Shown here: positions 10,969 to 24,419 of the stretch, in pieces
Layout: each line of letters starts with the position of its first letter
How positions within the stretch are numbered: position 1 is the first letter of the stretch
Assembly (NCBI RefSeq): GCF_964204645.1
Contig: NC_134029.1
Coordinates: 14,812,950 to 14,876,949, forward strand
Length of the DNA stretch: 64,000 nucleotides
From: Tubulanus polymorphus
Taxonomy: Eukaryota > Animalia > Nemertea
Direction of reading: 5' to 3'
Position numbers and translations under genes: made by a program
The notes under the pieces: model-generated
The model's database searches: none
Told to the model about the DNA's origin: nothing
Seen by the model: only the letters and a program-made list of their open reading frames with translations

Positions 10969-12378
10969 GGTTTAACGTGTTATTTTAATATTTTTTATAT
11001 ATAATGTTCGCGTATAATGTTTATTCAAAGTGTTTACATTTGTATGATTTCATAAGTAATGAACAGAATTGTTATATAATACTCGTCTTTTCTCTTGATC
11101 AGTATACGTGTATTCAATGTTCTCTGCTAAACTGTCGATTTTCTCGTCAGTTTGTCATTGTCGGAAAATCCTTTGAAAAAAGTATCACTTGAAATCCCGC
11201 CCGAAAAATGATCTCGCTAAATAGAGGTAAAATAAAATCCATGCGTCCGCAACAGAAGTCTTTGATAGTACGAAGTACCGGGTCTAATAACCTCGCGCAA
11301 CTGATCATGAAAATATCCTAGCTGCGCGAAGTAACTACTCGCGCAACTGATCATTATGCGATCGCGTAACTGGTTCGCGCAGATCGTCAGTTTCTGACCT
11401 TCATATACCTGAATTTAACCCACAGAATGCATCATCATTTGCCATTTCATGAAAAGCTGACAGGCTGGCCATAGTGCCCCTTGGGGCTCTTGGTTTTTTA
11501 ATTTATTTACTTGACTGTTGATTAACAGAGAGCTGTATATACTTGAGATGAAACTGGAATTCTTAAATGACTGAATTCTTGGCGATCAATCTGAAATCCA
11601 AGTGATTCATGAAAGAGCTCAACGACTTTGGGATCTTAGATTCTTAACTGAAAAATGTCATTTTTTAATTTTTTTGTGGATTCCTTTGAATTCTGCCTAA
11701 AGAAATTTTTTTCATATTTTCCCTTTACCCCACCAAAGATTTTCTCCTAAAATCCCGAAATCCAAGTAATTAAGAAAAAATTGCCTTAGCATGATACATT
11801 CTTGATTGATTTACATGAAACTTGATGTTAGGATTGAGGAAGGTAGGCTGTCCATCATTATCGAAAATGGAGGTCATCCGCCATAACATATGGCTATCCA
11901 TGAAACTCGATGTGAAAGTAAAGACCATGTGTGTTAGACTTGAACCAATAATTCTTACAATCCCAATGAACAATTAAGTAAACCCTCCTGTCAGGAAGTA
12001 TACAATATGTGTGTTAACCTGTCTTCAATTTCTTGCCCTCACACCGTTTGCTTACCCGGGGAAGACATGACGTAGCCTCATTCTAGTTTTGGACTGTATC
12101 AATGTAGTAATTTTTACAGTCATTTTGGCTTGTATCAATGTTCTAATTTTAGGTCGTGGAGTGTACCAAATTTGCTGGGGGACCATTCATTTCTTATGTA
12201 CGCTTTATGGGAGGGGAGGGGTAAGTGCAATGCGTACTGTAATGCCTTAAGTATATGAAGAAATGGTAATTTTGCGTACAGGGGGTACATTTTTTTCAAA
12301 CTCGGTACACAAGCAGGGCATTACTTAAGACAGAACCCTATTCAATTTAGTTGATGTGAATGCAACTGTTGATCAATC

Positions 12379-12995
12379 TTATGCCCCGACTTAACTTTAG
12401 TTGAGAGGGGCATATAGATTTACCCCTGTCTGAATTGTGCGGCGTCCGCCGCCGCAGGTGTCGTTAACAGCCTAGAGACCGCAATTGTTGACCGATTGTT
12501 TTCAAACTTTGTACACAAGTAGGATATCACTTGGGCCAGAACTATCTCTATCTAAAATTGGGTCAATTTGATCCAAATTATGGCTACCGGGGGGCCGACC
12601 TGAAAAACAACGTTAACAGCCTAGAGACCACATTGTTGACCGATTCAAACCATGGCCATCAGGGAAAAACAGCCTAGAGGCTGCAACTGTTGATCAATAT
12701 TTTATACACTTTGTACACATGTTGTCTAATGTCATACTTATAGAAATTATTGTGGCCATGATATTTCTTATGCATTTACCACAAACCCTGTAACTTCACG
12801 TGGCGGTGAAGTTCAGGCTGGGGGCATTCGAGGCTTTGCCTCATTCCAGTTTAAATTCCGTACACATGTTGTCTAATATTATTCTGGTAGAATTATTTAT
12901 GGCCACAATATTTCTAATGCATTTTCAAAAAAACTCAGTTACTTCACATATAGATTTCAGGCTTGGGGGATTCGAGGCTTTGTCTCATTCTAGTT
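12379..12995 (+). mobile_element. HINE-like element with duplicated 3' end
   Basis: 5' hairpin TATGCCCC...GGGGCATA, internal repeats (GTTAACAGCCTAGAGACC), and 3' GGGGCATTC-GAGGCTTTGCCTC hairpin at ~12820-12850 and again at ~12965-12995. Confidence 0.6.
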
Positions 12996-13016
12996 GATAA
13001 TTTCTTTATTTTTCAG

Positions 13017-13117
13017 CCTATTAATCCAATGAACATAAGTGATTATGACTCGGATGCATCTATTGATAGTAGTGAGGATGAATATGAAGAGCACGAGTTT
13101 GTTACAATGCCCAAAAG
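13017..13117 (+). CDS. DMXL2: DmX-like exon
   Basis: tttttcag|CCT...AG|gttggt. PINPMNISDYDSDASIDSSEDEYEEHEFVTMPK(R), with the acidic YDSD segment of DMXL. Phase 0 in, phase 2 out. Confidence 0.88.
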
Positions 13118-13192
13118 GTTGGTTTTAAGATAAATACCTGGCTTAACACATGGCATATATATCATACTACACATGATTGGAAAAGGATAAAT

Positions 13193-16100
13193 ATAGCTGC
13201 AAAGCAGCGATAACGGGTTTGTGCCTTGCCGTGTAAAATGTTGTACAATGATGTGTGCAAAATTTCACCAAAATCAGTTCATGACGTTCTGCTATTTTGA
13301 AGGAGTGCAGGGGGTGTCCCAGGGGTCGGGTACCTGCCCAAAAAAAAATTAGTGCCCTCCTAAAAGTGGGTCCAAAATTTTTTGGTCTGTTGATCTGTGC
13401 AATTCTGTATCCCTATATCATATTTACTGCTGCTTTAGAGTCAATTAATTTGTTCAAAAAATAAGAATATCTTGTATCAAACTACTATTGAGATTAATTT
13501 GGGTCCAAAACTCTCAAGTATCAAATCCTCTATATAATTAGGCTAACCTGAAAATACAGAAGCTGTTATTCTGTGCAACTCAAAATTTATCTGTGCAATT
13601 TCCAGTGATAATGAATTGTTTTGTTTGTAAATGTACTTTCATTTGTAAGTTTTGTAAATATAGTTTGATATGTGCAAGTCTGTATCGCTGTATCATATAT
13701 ACTGCTGCTTTAGAGTCATTTAATTTGTTCAAAACTAAGATTCCTTACATCAAAATACTGTTCAGATTTATTTGGGTCCTCTACATATATGAAATACAGT
13801 AGGCCTACAGGAAACACATTGGAAAGTCTTCAGGTATAAGTGTTCTACATGGTTTCATTTTAGCATAAGAGATGTATTTTGAATAACAATAGGATTAAAC
13901 TGTGAAATACTGTATTATTATTTGTTACTATTTTTCATAATTTCTTGTTTCTCACTCTACCTTACAATAATTGCCCTAAATTTTATCTCTGGACCACGCC
14001 CTTGTAAAATTCCTGGATCCGCCCCTGCAGAGCGCCACCTAGGGGTCACCTCGTATCGTGGATATTTTGACCCACATAGGCTACTACACGCAAAGTACTA
14101 ATGTACCTTGTTTAGGCAAAATAACATCGAGAATAACAAAGATACTACGTTTTTTTTCCATTCCCTAGTGCCTGTTGTATGAACTAATTTTGCTGGATTG
14201 CGTAGAAACCAGGTTTTATGATTTCTTTAACAAAATGATAGAATTACACACTAAAAACGAATGTTTGAATGAGTTTTCATATTTAATGCCCCCTAGTGGT
14301 TAGAATAGGAGCTAATTATGTGAAGGGTCCGTTGTATCTAATAACAAGGTACATGTGTATTGATTCTTATAGAATTCCCTTAATACCCTTACTCAATATA
14401 GATGAAAATGCGTTTTCTAGCGTTTTATAGTTGACTTTTTTAACCTCCGGGCTGTCATGAACAACTTTCATGCTCGCCTGAAGCTGATAAGTCAAACACA
14501 AAAATTTATCTCAGACAGTAACTTTTCGATGTCAGAATTTTTTTTTGTGGTCGGGTTGCGTAGCAAGAAAGAATGAATTTATTTCTGAAAGAAGAAATTG
14601 AAGGAATTCTGTAAAAAAATTATTATTTTCCCGCCTGATGTCATATCGGGATATCCCTTGACTTTTGCGCACCGATATGGCTGTGGTGATTGTTGAGGTG
14701 TGCTGCCTTGTTGTATTGTATATCTTAGGCCTAAAAAACATTTTTTGATGAAATTTTAATTAACGACGTATATTTGGTTATGGTCATGTCTGGGCAGGGA
14801 CATAAAACCATCACTTCTCATGCGCGTAAGCAGCTAAGATTTGTGTGTTCCAAAAACCGGTTCATCGTGTATCACGTGACTATTCCAGTTTTCCGATTCT
14901 GACTTCAAAAGTCAAGAACTAAATGAAATTAATTGTTGTCATCCGATTTACTCTTACTAAAATTCAGAGAAAGATAAGAAAGATAAATAAGCATCTTGCA
15001 CTGTGCTGAAAGTTCCATGTTGATGTGCGGTGTAGTTAGCAATATTTACTGCGGAACTGTGATGATAGCGCCATCGTTTTAGTAACGTGTGTAGCTCACC
15101 AAAATCAACGAAGCCGTTAATCTTGAGAGAAAGATTTGTTTGAAAATATTTGAACTAAAATTATGCATACGCCCGGGGTCGTCTTGACGATAAAATCGTT
15201 TGTATCGATATGCAGATGAATTAAAACAATACTAATTTGCATTAAAAAACACCATACAGGTCGACCAACATTGTGTAGTATATAGTTAAAATCGAACACA
15301 CGTTTCGATGCGGTCTGATCATTACGATCCTGCCTTTGTGCGGGTAACGACTTGTTGACCCTACATTACACTTACATTACAATATGATGATAAGGTATGT
15401 CAATGAGACGATTTTTCAACAGAGTAGCTACGGATTGATGCAGTTACTAGGAGGTAACATAGACTGTGACCTCGTATCGGCGTTCAAGTTTCGTTCTCAC
15501 GTGGCAGGTCTGGTGTTCTTAACTGTCACTGAGCGTCTTCGACTGAAATTGTTTCTAACCCGACCACATATAAAGATTCTTTCTAGTTAAAGGTAAAACA
15601 CCCCCTGGTGGGTGAACTGGGTCCCCAATCAAAGATCCCTTAGACTTACCTCAAGGAACCTGTGTTCCGTACATCTCACGAGAGTTTCAAGTAAATCTGT
15701 TGAGCAATATTCTTGTTACAAGCCAAATTCGAAGTATTAAAGCCTATATATGATGCTCTCTAACCTGTATTGCCGAATTTGAACTATTAAAGCCAGATGC
15801 TCTCTAACTTGTGTATACGGCACAAACAAGGCTATAAAAATTCCTTAGTTGCGTTCACTTGAGAATGTCCTATTTCAACGGCAAAATAATCGACTCGTAG
15901 AGTGATAAAATTACTGTTCTCTATAAATCTAGGACAGGGCTCTATCACTGCAAATATGGATACGCACACAAACACACATACTGCCGCGCGGCGGGAATAA
16001 GACACGTATACAATGCCCATACGTAGATGGATACTGTTTGCATCGGGCGTAAATTTTTATGTTTAGAGGCTCACGTATATGATGTACAGTATCTGTCAAT

Positions 16101-16200
16101 GCAGTGTAGTACTTGTGATACAGAATGGTTTCATCCAACGGTGAATGTAAGTTGTAGTTGTTTATATCCTTTCAGTAAGATCCAGTGTGAAAAAGAATAT
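13193..16200 (+). repeat. Composite dispersed repeat (family C); reverse-orientation relatives at ~56390-56525 and ~58940-60560
   Basis: Start TAGCTGCAAAGCAGCGATAACGGGTTT recurs at ~16220, ~17893 and (reverse) ~56500. 15590-15700 and 15850-16145 match 58940-59500 in reverse complement, and 14150-14530 matches 59510-60540. Confidence 0.6.
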
Positions 16201-18408
16201 AATAATAATAATGTTAAATGTAGCTGCAAAGCCGCGATAACAGGTTTTCTGCAAAGCCGCACCTGCCATTCAGGTTGATAGGAATTATCGAAAATTTAAA
16301 TACCGATACATAGAATATAATGTATTAACAGATTCAAACCTAATATGCAACCACTGTGTAAACGTCCAATGTGATTCAGCTTTGGAACCGAACTAACGTG
16401 GACGTAAAATCAATAAATATGAATTGATTTGACCAAGCATTTATTTGGTATCATCAGGCTTTAAAACTGTTCGATCAAGAAACTCATCTCTAGAATCTGC
16501 TGAGTCGATAGGTGTTGAATACATTTACTGATATAAGAACGCATTAGGATCTAGAATAGATTTCAAGGAATTAATCTTTGTATTGAAATATTTGAATAAA
16601 TACGTATATTGTATTGTTGATTCAACCGATAAATTATGAATTGCTTTGGTCTAGGTATCGGGCCGATGTTGATTTTTGCTTTTATATATTACTTATTCTA
16701 AACTGATAAACAATTTAAACCTGCAACACGTGCGTAAATATCAAATCTATTCCACTAGTTACGTGTGCTTCCTAATAAACGGGACAGTTTCTCTTAGTTA
16801 TTAGAAAAATAATCTTCATTTCGTTAGGCCTATAGAAATTCATTACCTTTTTGGAAATTCTATAATAATATTTGTTCTGTCCTAATCTTATCAACTGCAG
16901 GGTTGATAAATTAATTTACATATATCCTCTCCTAACCCTATCCCTATTCTTTGACACATGCGCTACACGTAGATTATTGAAACATGCGCAGAGAGGGAAC
17001 TCACGTACGGCTACCCTGTGGAAATCACCGCACAGACAGGTACGGGTAACAACTTCATCCTTAAAATGGTATTGGCTACTATAATACCGTAGGCCTATAG
17101 ACAAATGAATACTGGTAGGTTTCTTAGTTTCGCACACACACTTCTCACAGCCGAATCAACTCTGACCAAACATTATATTTCAATTCAAGTACACACCAAA
17201 CGGCACAAGCCTAACACTTTTTGTCAACGGTGTGTTCCGTAGTAGGCTTTCATTAATCACCTGGGGCCGGCTTCACAAAGCGTAATTTACCCTTAATTAT
17301 GATTAAATCACTAATTATGATTAAATTATGATTAAATCAAGTTAGATGTCTCACAAAACGTAATTAACTTAAATTACAATTAAGTTAATTACAAAATTTA
17401 ATTCTCTCGAGTGTAATTAAACCATTTAATCGTCATTAGTTTATTATTAAAAACAAAAAGCTGCAGATATTATTCATGGAATTTGGTGTTTATTTATTGA
17501 CGAAGGCAATTCCTACACTTATTCAGTTTTTCAGATTGTTTGGCTGAATAATTTGGATTTTTTGCCTTTTGTAAAAAAGGAATGTCAATACTCTAAATTC
17601 TATTGTTTATTTTCAAACATCCTATGTTTTTGTCAGCACGACCACCACATACTTGAAGGTGAAAGTCTGTTATATTACTATCAGATTTCAACATTTTGTT
17701 AACAAGCTGTTGTCGAATCTGAGAGCAGATGAATTTTATGTGACGAAAAAAATGTCAAAAATATGTAATAATAATGATAACAATCAACAGAATTACAAGA
17801 GGGTTTTCGACAAAAGTCAGAGAACCCCAATAATCAGTACAATTACAATAGGGTTTCTGCGAAGGCAGCAGAAACCCTAATGATAATAAATATAACTGCA
17901 AGCAGTGAAAACGGGTTTCTGCCATTCTGGATAGTACAGGGATGCGTGCCAAAATTTCACCCGAAATCAGTTCGTAACATTCCCCTTTTTAGCCCACTTG
18001 GGACTTAAGTCCCAGCGGGCTATTGCGTTCACTTTTCGTCCGTCGTCCATCCAACCGTCCGTAGATTGAATCCTGTTATTTTGGGAAGTTTGGAAGACGC
18101 TTCAAGGTAATGTCTTGATATTTGGTGTATACATGTATCTACCCTAGACACATCTTCAGCCCACAAACTGGCCCCCTCTGATTCAAGATGACCGACTGAC
18201 GGATTTACTTAACAGTCTTCATCCAAGATAACTATAGTTATCATGGATGAATATAGTTATATTCTTATGATATGGAATAAGATACATGTATTTTGATATG
18301 CAGCACTATATAAATGTATCGATGAAATTGGCTATCACCAAGGTCCACAACAAAATACTGCCTCATCTATTTCTAATAGTGTCTAATCTCAAATTAATGC
18401 AATTTCAG

Positions 18409-18539
18409 ATCCACACAAAACTGCAATGAACATTTAGATCCTAATTCTTATAGCTGGTGCTTGATGAGGTATGCTGTCATCAAGTTTATAACCAATCAGA
18501 TCAAAAAATTTTTACCAATGATAGGATTTGAAATCGCAG
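18409..18539 (+). CDS. DMXL2: DmX-like exon
   Basis: aatttcag|A...GCAG|gtaagt. STQNCNEHLDPNSYSWCLMRYAVIKFITNQIKKFLPMIGFEIA(D); EHxDPNSYSW is a DMXL hallmark. Phase 2 in, phase 1 out. Confidence 0.95.
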
Positions 18540-18833
18540 GTAAGTAAATCATGCTATCAAGCACAATTACAAATTTTGTAACAATGCTAATTTGCATTAA
18601 ATAACACCATACAGGCGGACCAATATTGTGTAGTATATTCTTCAGTTCAATCCATGTTTTCAATGTAGCTTGCTCGCAATGATCCTTCCTCGGCATGGGT
18701 GTCGACTCCTTGACCTCTGTGTCATGTCAAACATATCGAATATTAAATTGATTGAAAACAGGGCTTTGGGCCACATTTTATAATTTGTGAAGCTGCAGTG
18801 TCATGCCCCATGGGGCTCCACGCCACCCTCTTG

Positions 18834-19106
18834 TTTGAAACTAAAATTTTTCCTAGTAGTACTTACCCATTCCTGTTGTCGTAGTCCCACCACCCTCCTA
18901 CCCCGCTTAGTGGTTACCTTGCAGCTGCATTAGCAGAAAAAAGATGATGAATATCGCCTGTGACTAAATGCAATACCACAGTACCACGGGCTGGTAAAAA
19001 ATCTCTGGTGATCCATCCAAATTGAGAGAATATTAGCAAAAACCACAGGGAATGGTAAATAATACTTGGAAATACAAATTCTAGTTCCAAAAATTGTGAC
19101 ATTTCT
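18834..19106 (+). mobile_element. 3'-terminal fragment (half ICR + right ITR) of a diverged DIRS relative
   Basis: Aligns to 7981-8252: AAACTAAAATTT..AGTAGTACT-ACCC-TTCCT, AAAAAGATG..CTAAATGCAATACC..GGAAATACAAATT-TAGTTCCAAAAATTGT. Confidence 0.85.
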
Positions 19107-19798
19107 GTCTTAATTTTCGATCAAATTATTTTCTCCCATCATTTGAATTCAATCCATTACAGTTTTCACTCTATTTAGCATTGGTTTACATCTATGACGT
19201 CATGCCAATGCTAGTAAAATGGATCGAAAGTTGTAGCCAAAAAAAAAGCGCTGACTCTCCTCGTTTTCATCGTAACTTCAAATTGAAACTCCATTCACGT
19301 TAGACATTAGACACAGCCGAAAATCACTAAACATAGCGTTACCATATTTTAGCTGATGGGTTGTCGTTGTCCGTTCGTTCATTTCTCCATTCGTGCGTCT
19401 GTCAACTTCTTCAAATTGCTACTAGTCGTACAGTTTTAATCGGATCAATTCCAAATTTGGTATGAATGTTCTGTGGACCAAGGCCTATGAAGTAACAGAA
19501 CCATTTTTTAGATTCGTCCCCCAGGGGCGCCCCTGGGGATGGAGTGTCTATTTCTTCAAATTGATACTAGTCCTACAATTTGATTCGGATCAATTCCAAA
19601 TTTGGTAATATGTAATAGATGAAATCTAAGTGAAGAACGTTTCGTCGCAGCATTATTTGATTGTTCATACTAAGAAATTATAGCGATTCGAAAACAACCT
19701 CGTTCACGTACGTGGTGTAACGAAATCACTCAAAATATTTCAGTGACTAGGAACACAGAGAAAATTAATTGTTGTCAATGAAACTGGAAAGAAACTTA

Positions 19799-20379
19799 CC
19801 GTAAAAACCGGCGTATAAGTCGAGTTTTTAACCCTTGATTTTACCACTAAATTATTGACCTCGACTTATACGCCGAGTACAGTTTTCTACGAAGTATTTT
19901 CACGTCACAAGAAATATTGATTCTACCAGACAAAAAAGACTATAACAGTGCTATAACAGTTAGAATAATTATTCATGATAAATAAAGTTATTTAATGAAA
20001 AAAACTTCTTTCATTTTGACACAGCTTCATTTAAAATGATGTATTCATATATGCGCGCTCATAGCAGCGCTTAATACATTAGGCTATATATAGCATGTGA
20101 CTCACACTACTGTATCACTGTATGGTAGTGTATTATACCTGAGTGTGTGTAACAGTCTATTGATTAACACACAGCAGCAATCAGGCTGACGTGTGGCCCC
20201 GTGCGTGAAGGCACACATCTTTATCAAAACAAACTATTCAATATAATGATACTAGTAATTATTCTTCTAAGAGAAGGGACTCGACTTATAAGCCGGATAT
20301 ATGTTAAAATCATAAAATGTAGGTCTAAAAATCGACCTCGACTTATACGCCGCGTAGACTTATACGCCGGTTTTTACGG
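19799..20379. mobile_element. Tc1/mariner-type MITE (CCGTA termini, TA TSD)
   Basis: TA|CCGTAAAAACCGGCGTATAAGTC ... GACTTATACGCCGGTTTTTACGG|TA. Confidence 0.9.
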
Positions 20380-21960
20380 TACATACTCGTAAAGTCTAAT
20401 TCGATTGATGAATTTATTTAAGAAGTTACATCAATTCTTAGTTAAACTTGGAAGAATGGAAAATAATGCCAGAGGGGTGGGGGGGGAAAGAAGATGAAAC
20501 TGAAACTAAGGTTTGATTCATTTCTGGTTATTAAGAATTTGGGCTTATAAGATTAGAAAAATTATAACATCAAATGAAATTAACTTTTCTGTCAGAAAAA
20601 CTTGACCCAATTTCCCAAGTAAATATAACATTGGTCTTTGGTCACCCTGGGTATCATAGGTCTGTTTACCAACGTCTGCTAAAAAGATTACTATTTTGAT
20701 TTAGATTAGTGTATCAAGAATTTTTTAATGGTTTAAACCACTTTGCAAAACCATAATGTAACCGACTTGGATGGTGAAATGAGACCGGTTTTTTGCAAGA
20801 TTGAAGAATTTTGACCTGGTTGATAATTTAGAAATTAGCTCCATTTGAAAATAAAAGGAAGACAAGAAGATTACTACGAATTTTTACCTTTATGATGTAG
20901 GTTATAAGATGGTAGTGAGTCGATGACGTCATTTTCGTGTCGCCACTTATAACTTGTTGGTGGGAGTTCAGAGGAAGATTGTCAAACGAATAAATACTTT
21001 AATCTTATTAATGCAGCGTGTAAAATTTCGCTTTTTAAAAATATTTCCCTAAATTATTAGAAAATGCCGATAGTAAGGCCGTGGGAAAGTTTTTATCGTT
21101 GAATGGGTGAATCACGGCGGCAGAGTGCACCTGTGATAAGGCGGAAATAGTTCCATGTGAAGACAAAGCTTTTAATTGATTAGACAGTTGGAAATGGTTT
21201 ATCAACTTTTTTCAACTATAGTGTTGCTATTTTCCCAATCAAATTGCTAGATTTCGCTCGTTTCTCATAAGTCAACACTTGTAAATCAAGTGTGATTTTG
21301 ATGTGTGTAGAGCTAGCTAGATACATCGTGACTAGCGTATTGAATAGTGGAATTGTAGGGTGGAATTATCTTGATTGTATCCATACAAAGTTTATCAAAG
21401 GTTAGTGTCATCAAATGGTCCATTACAGTCCATCTAATTATGTGGAGAGACACTCTTAACCGGCAAAACCGTAGTCTGTTTCGTTGGCCTACGTGACAGA
21501 CCCTGCTTGAGCGTTCGCTGCCGGGGCGCCGCTTCAAAGTTATGAATAAAGTATTATATTACTGATTGTCAATGACATACAACAAATAAACCTTTAAAGA
21601 AAGGTACCTAGTGTCTGACATTCTACTGCAAAATTCCGGATTGATTCACTGCATAGTTTTTCATAATGAGCATTTTAGTATATGAATCAATGAAGATGAT
21701 TGACAGACGCGGGTGCGGTTGTATCAGCTGTTGAAGACGTTCGATGTAAAAAATAATTTTAACCACGTGCGCGATGAGAACAGGGACATCAAACTAAGAA
21801 GCACTGAATTTTTTAATTACATGTGATTTGAATAGGCATCTGTGCTGGTTTTTCAAAAAGTTGAATCTTAATTGACTCCTATTGCATAGGCCTAAGCCAG
21901 GCCCTCTGGAATTGAATTGAATTCGACACAGTAATTCGCCTGTAATTTGCGATGAATCTT

Positions 21961-23330
21961 TTTAGCCCACTTGGGACTTAAGTCCCAGCGGGCTATTGCG
22001 TTTACTTTTCGTCCGTCGTCCATTCGTCCGTCGTAGCGTCCGTCGTAGCGTCCGTCCGTCCGTAGACGGAATCCAGTTATTTTGGGAAGTTTTATTTTTT
22101 GAAGACGCTTCAAGGTAATGTCTTGATATTTGGTTTATACATGTATCTACCCTAGACACATCTTCAGCCCAAAAACTGGCCCTGTCAGAATCAAGATGGC
22201 TGACTAGCAGCCATTGTTGTTCGTCAAAATCAGCACTTTTTACACTTTTTGAACTTTTTGAGGGAAATTTTGAAGACACTTAAATCAATTACCTTGATCT
22301 TTCGTATATATTTGAATCCCTCAAGGGCCCATCATCATAAGAAAAATTGGGTCGATCGGACTCAAGATGGCCGTCCTATGACATTTTTAGTGCCCAAAAA
22401 TGTCAATTTTGGCCAAATTCTGAGTCCTGTAGCTACCTACTGGTTTGCCATTTCTCATTGCAATTTGTGAACGGTATTCTTTGGAAAGGGATGTTTTCAC
22501 CTGAGCCAGGTATTTTTGATCGGCCAATTATGACGCAATTGGCGGCCATCTTGGTACCATCAGTACTCATTCGTGGGTGGGAAAAAGTTTTTCCACATTA
22601 TATTGACACCTAAGCATATTTTGTTACCACAATCAATTGCAAAGTTGTAGCTCATGACATTGTCTATGATTGTGGTGAGTTTTAAGGACATTAGTTATTC
22701 TATATGGTCACCAGGGGGCGTTGAATAGTAGAATAACTTAGTATTTCCTTATTAGATTGGTACCTAGGCATATTTTGTTACCATGATCAATTGCAAAGTT
22801 GTAGTTTATGCCATGTTCTATGAATGTGGTGAGTTTCAAGGTCATTAGGTTTTGCATATGGTCACCAGGGGGCATTGAATTGTAGAATTACTTAGTATTT
22901 CCATATCAAATTGGTAACGAGGCATATTTTGTTATCACAATCAATTACAATTAGCTGCTGACGTGTTCTATGATTGAAGTGAGTTTCAAGGTCATTGGTT
23001 TTTGTATATGGTCACCATGGGGCGTTGAATATTGAAATTGTTAGATTGTTGAGCATTGGAAACCACTTCCCAAGTGGGCGTGGTGTCCCTGGACCCTTAG
23101 TTTAAAATTGGCTTGAAGATTGGGTCCGGGGAGATGTCCACCCCTATTGAAAAAAATGTCATTGGTGATCAAATATGGTTGCCATTGGGGTGGCCATCTT
23201 GAATTTCTTGTTTGCAGCCCGCAATTCTTGATGGATTTCCACAAAATTTGGCGTTGAATATTGAAATTGTTAGATTGTTGAGCATTTGAAACCACTTCCC
23301 AAGTGGGCGTGGTGTCCCTGGACCCCTAGT
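21961..23330 (+). mobile_element. HINE family A with internal ~154-bp tandem repeats
   Basis: 5' palindrome AGCCCACTTGGGACTTAAGTCCCAGCGGGCT, a (GTCC)-rich microsatellite, 154-bp units starting at 22614, 22768 and 22922, and a 3' CCCAAGTGGGC end at ~23070 repeated at ~23300. Other copies start near 17990, 43168, 52658, 61395 and 63340. Confidence 0.8.
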
Positions 23331-24419
23331 TTACAACATCATTGCGAAACACCGCTGTTGTCTAGATCCACTGTGCTGATCAATAATATATATACATGCA
23401 ATAGTGCTGCGCGGGAAATCTATATTTAGAATCTTCAATTCATCCAACAAAGCATAGCCTACGTGCTCAGTAAAAGTTGTCATTGTTTTAATTCAGGCGC
23501 AATACGCTTGGCTTGAGTGATAGATTGGAAAGTTATAAAGGGGCTCCTCTTGCGACTCTTATTTATTATGAACATGTTCTTGTGATTTGGATACCGTCGG
23601 AGCCATCCTTTTCATGTACTCAAGATATAAACAACAAACGATCAACCGCATGGCAGCAGTCTTATTTTGTCATTGGAAAATGAGCCTCAGATGCGCCAAA
23701 AACTCCTTGAAATTTCAAAATTTTCTTGGGGGAGGTTCCCCAAACCCCCCATTAGGGGCTTAGCACCTTCGGTGCTCGCGGCTGCTAGTTTGCCTCTAAT
23801 ACTTCATTTCAAATTTTTCTGCGTTTTTTAAACGCCTCTGTTTTCATCCTTGTCATCTACTGCATCATAAGGTATAAGGCCCGTGGGCCTCTTGTTTAAT
23901 TACGGTGCCTTACAAGAAAAAAATGGAAGACTCGATGAAATGCCAATCGTAAAATCATTTTCTGCTAGAAAAAAAATTATCAGCAGGAAAATTTAAATGT
24001 CAATACAAAAATATTGTTTCTAATCCTCCTGGAATATTGAGTACCGGGAATCTACGGCCCAATTGCAGCGGTACCGAATTCCTTATTTGGCAAAAGAAGG
24101 GGCGGCGGAGACAAATGTTTTTGCTGACCGCAATGTTGCTGCTACTCGAGCGAGACGTGCCGCACTGCCGTGAAATTTTCAAAAAGTTTTAACCTCGTTC
24201 ACATCCCTGGCATATGGTCACTGGCTTGAAAATAAACTTTTTGAGAAAGTTCCTGCAGTTAAATGGCTGTTAATTTGGCATAACATGGGCTGTGAATGGC
24301 AGTGAATTTAGGTTAACAGCAGAAGAATGAACCCTGATTGTTGCCAATCATATGTTCAATGATTAGTGATAACTATATCTTTCGAATTTGATAGTTTTCT
24401 TTGCCAACTAATTTTTCAG

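Larger units (their letters stand above)
8686..11411. mobile_element. Putative Crypton-like DNA element carrying an NRF1-type DNA-binding-domain gene
   Basis: AATTTAA direct repeat at 8679-8685 and 11412-11418. Paralogous host copies (~91-110, ~29074-29094) show a single AATATAA-CCCACAG empty site. The 63-bp inverted repeats 8713-8775 and 11322-11384 (54/63 identical) each lie 27 bp inside the ends. The insertion is well supported; the Crypton class is tentative. Confidence 0.75.
3154..11492 (+). mobile_element. HINE family B copy interrupted by the DIRS and the NRF1-carrying element
   Basis: 5' hairpin AGGCCAGCCGTAGGCTGAGCCT at 3156 and 3' subTIR/hairpin at 11459-11492. An uninterrupted relative lies at 27741-29155. 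Confidence 0.7.
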
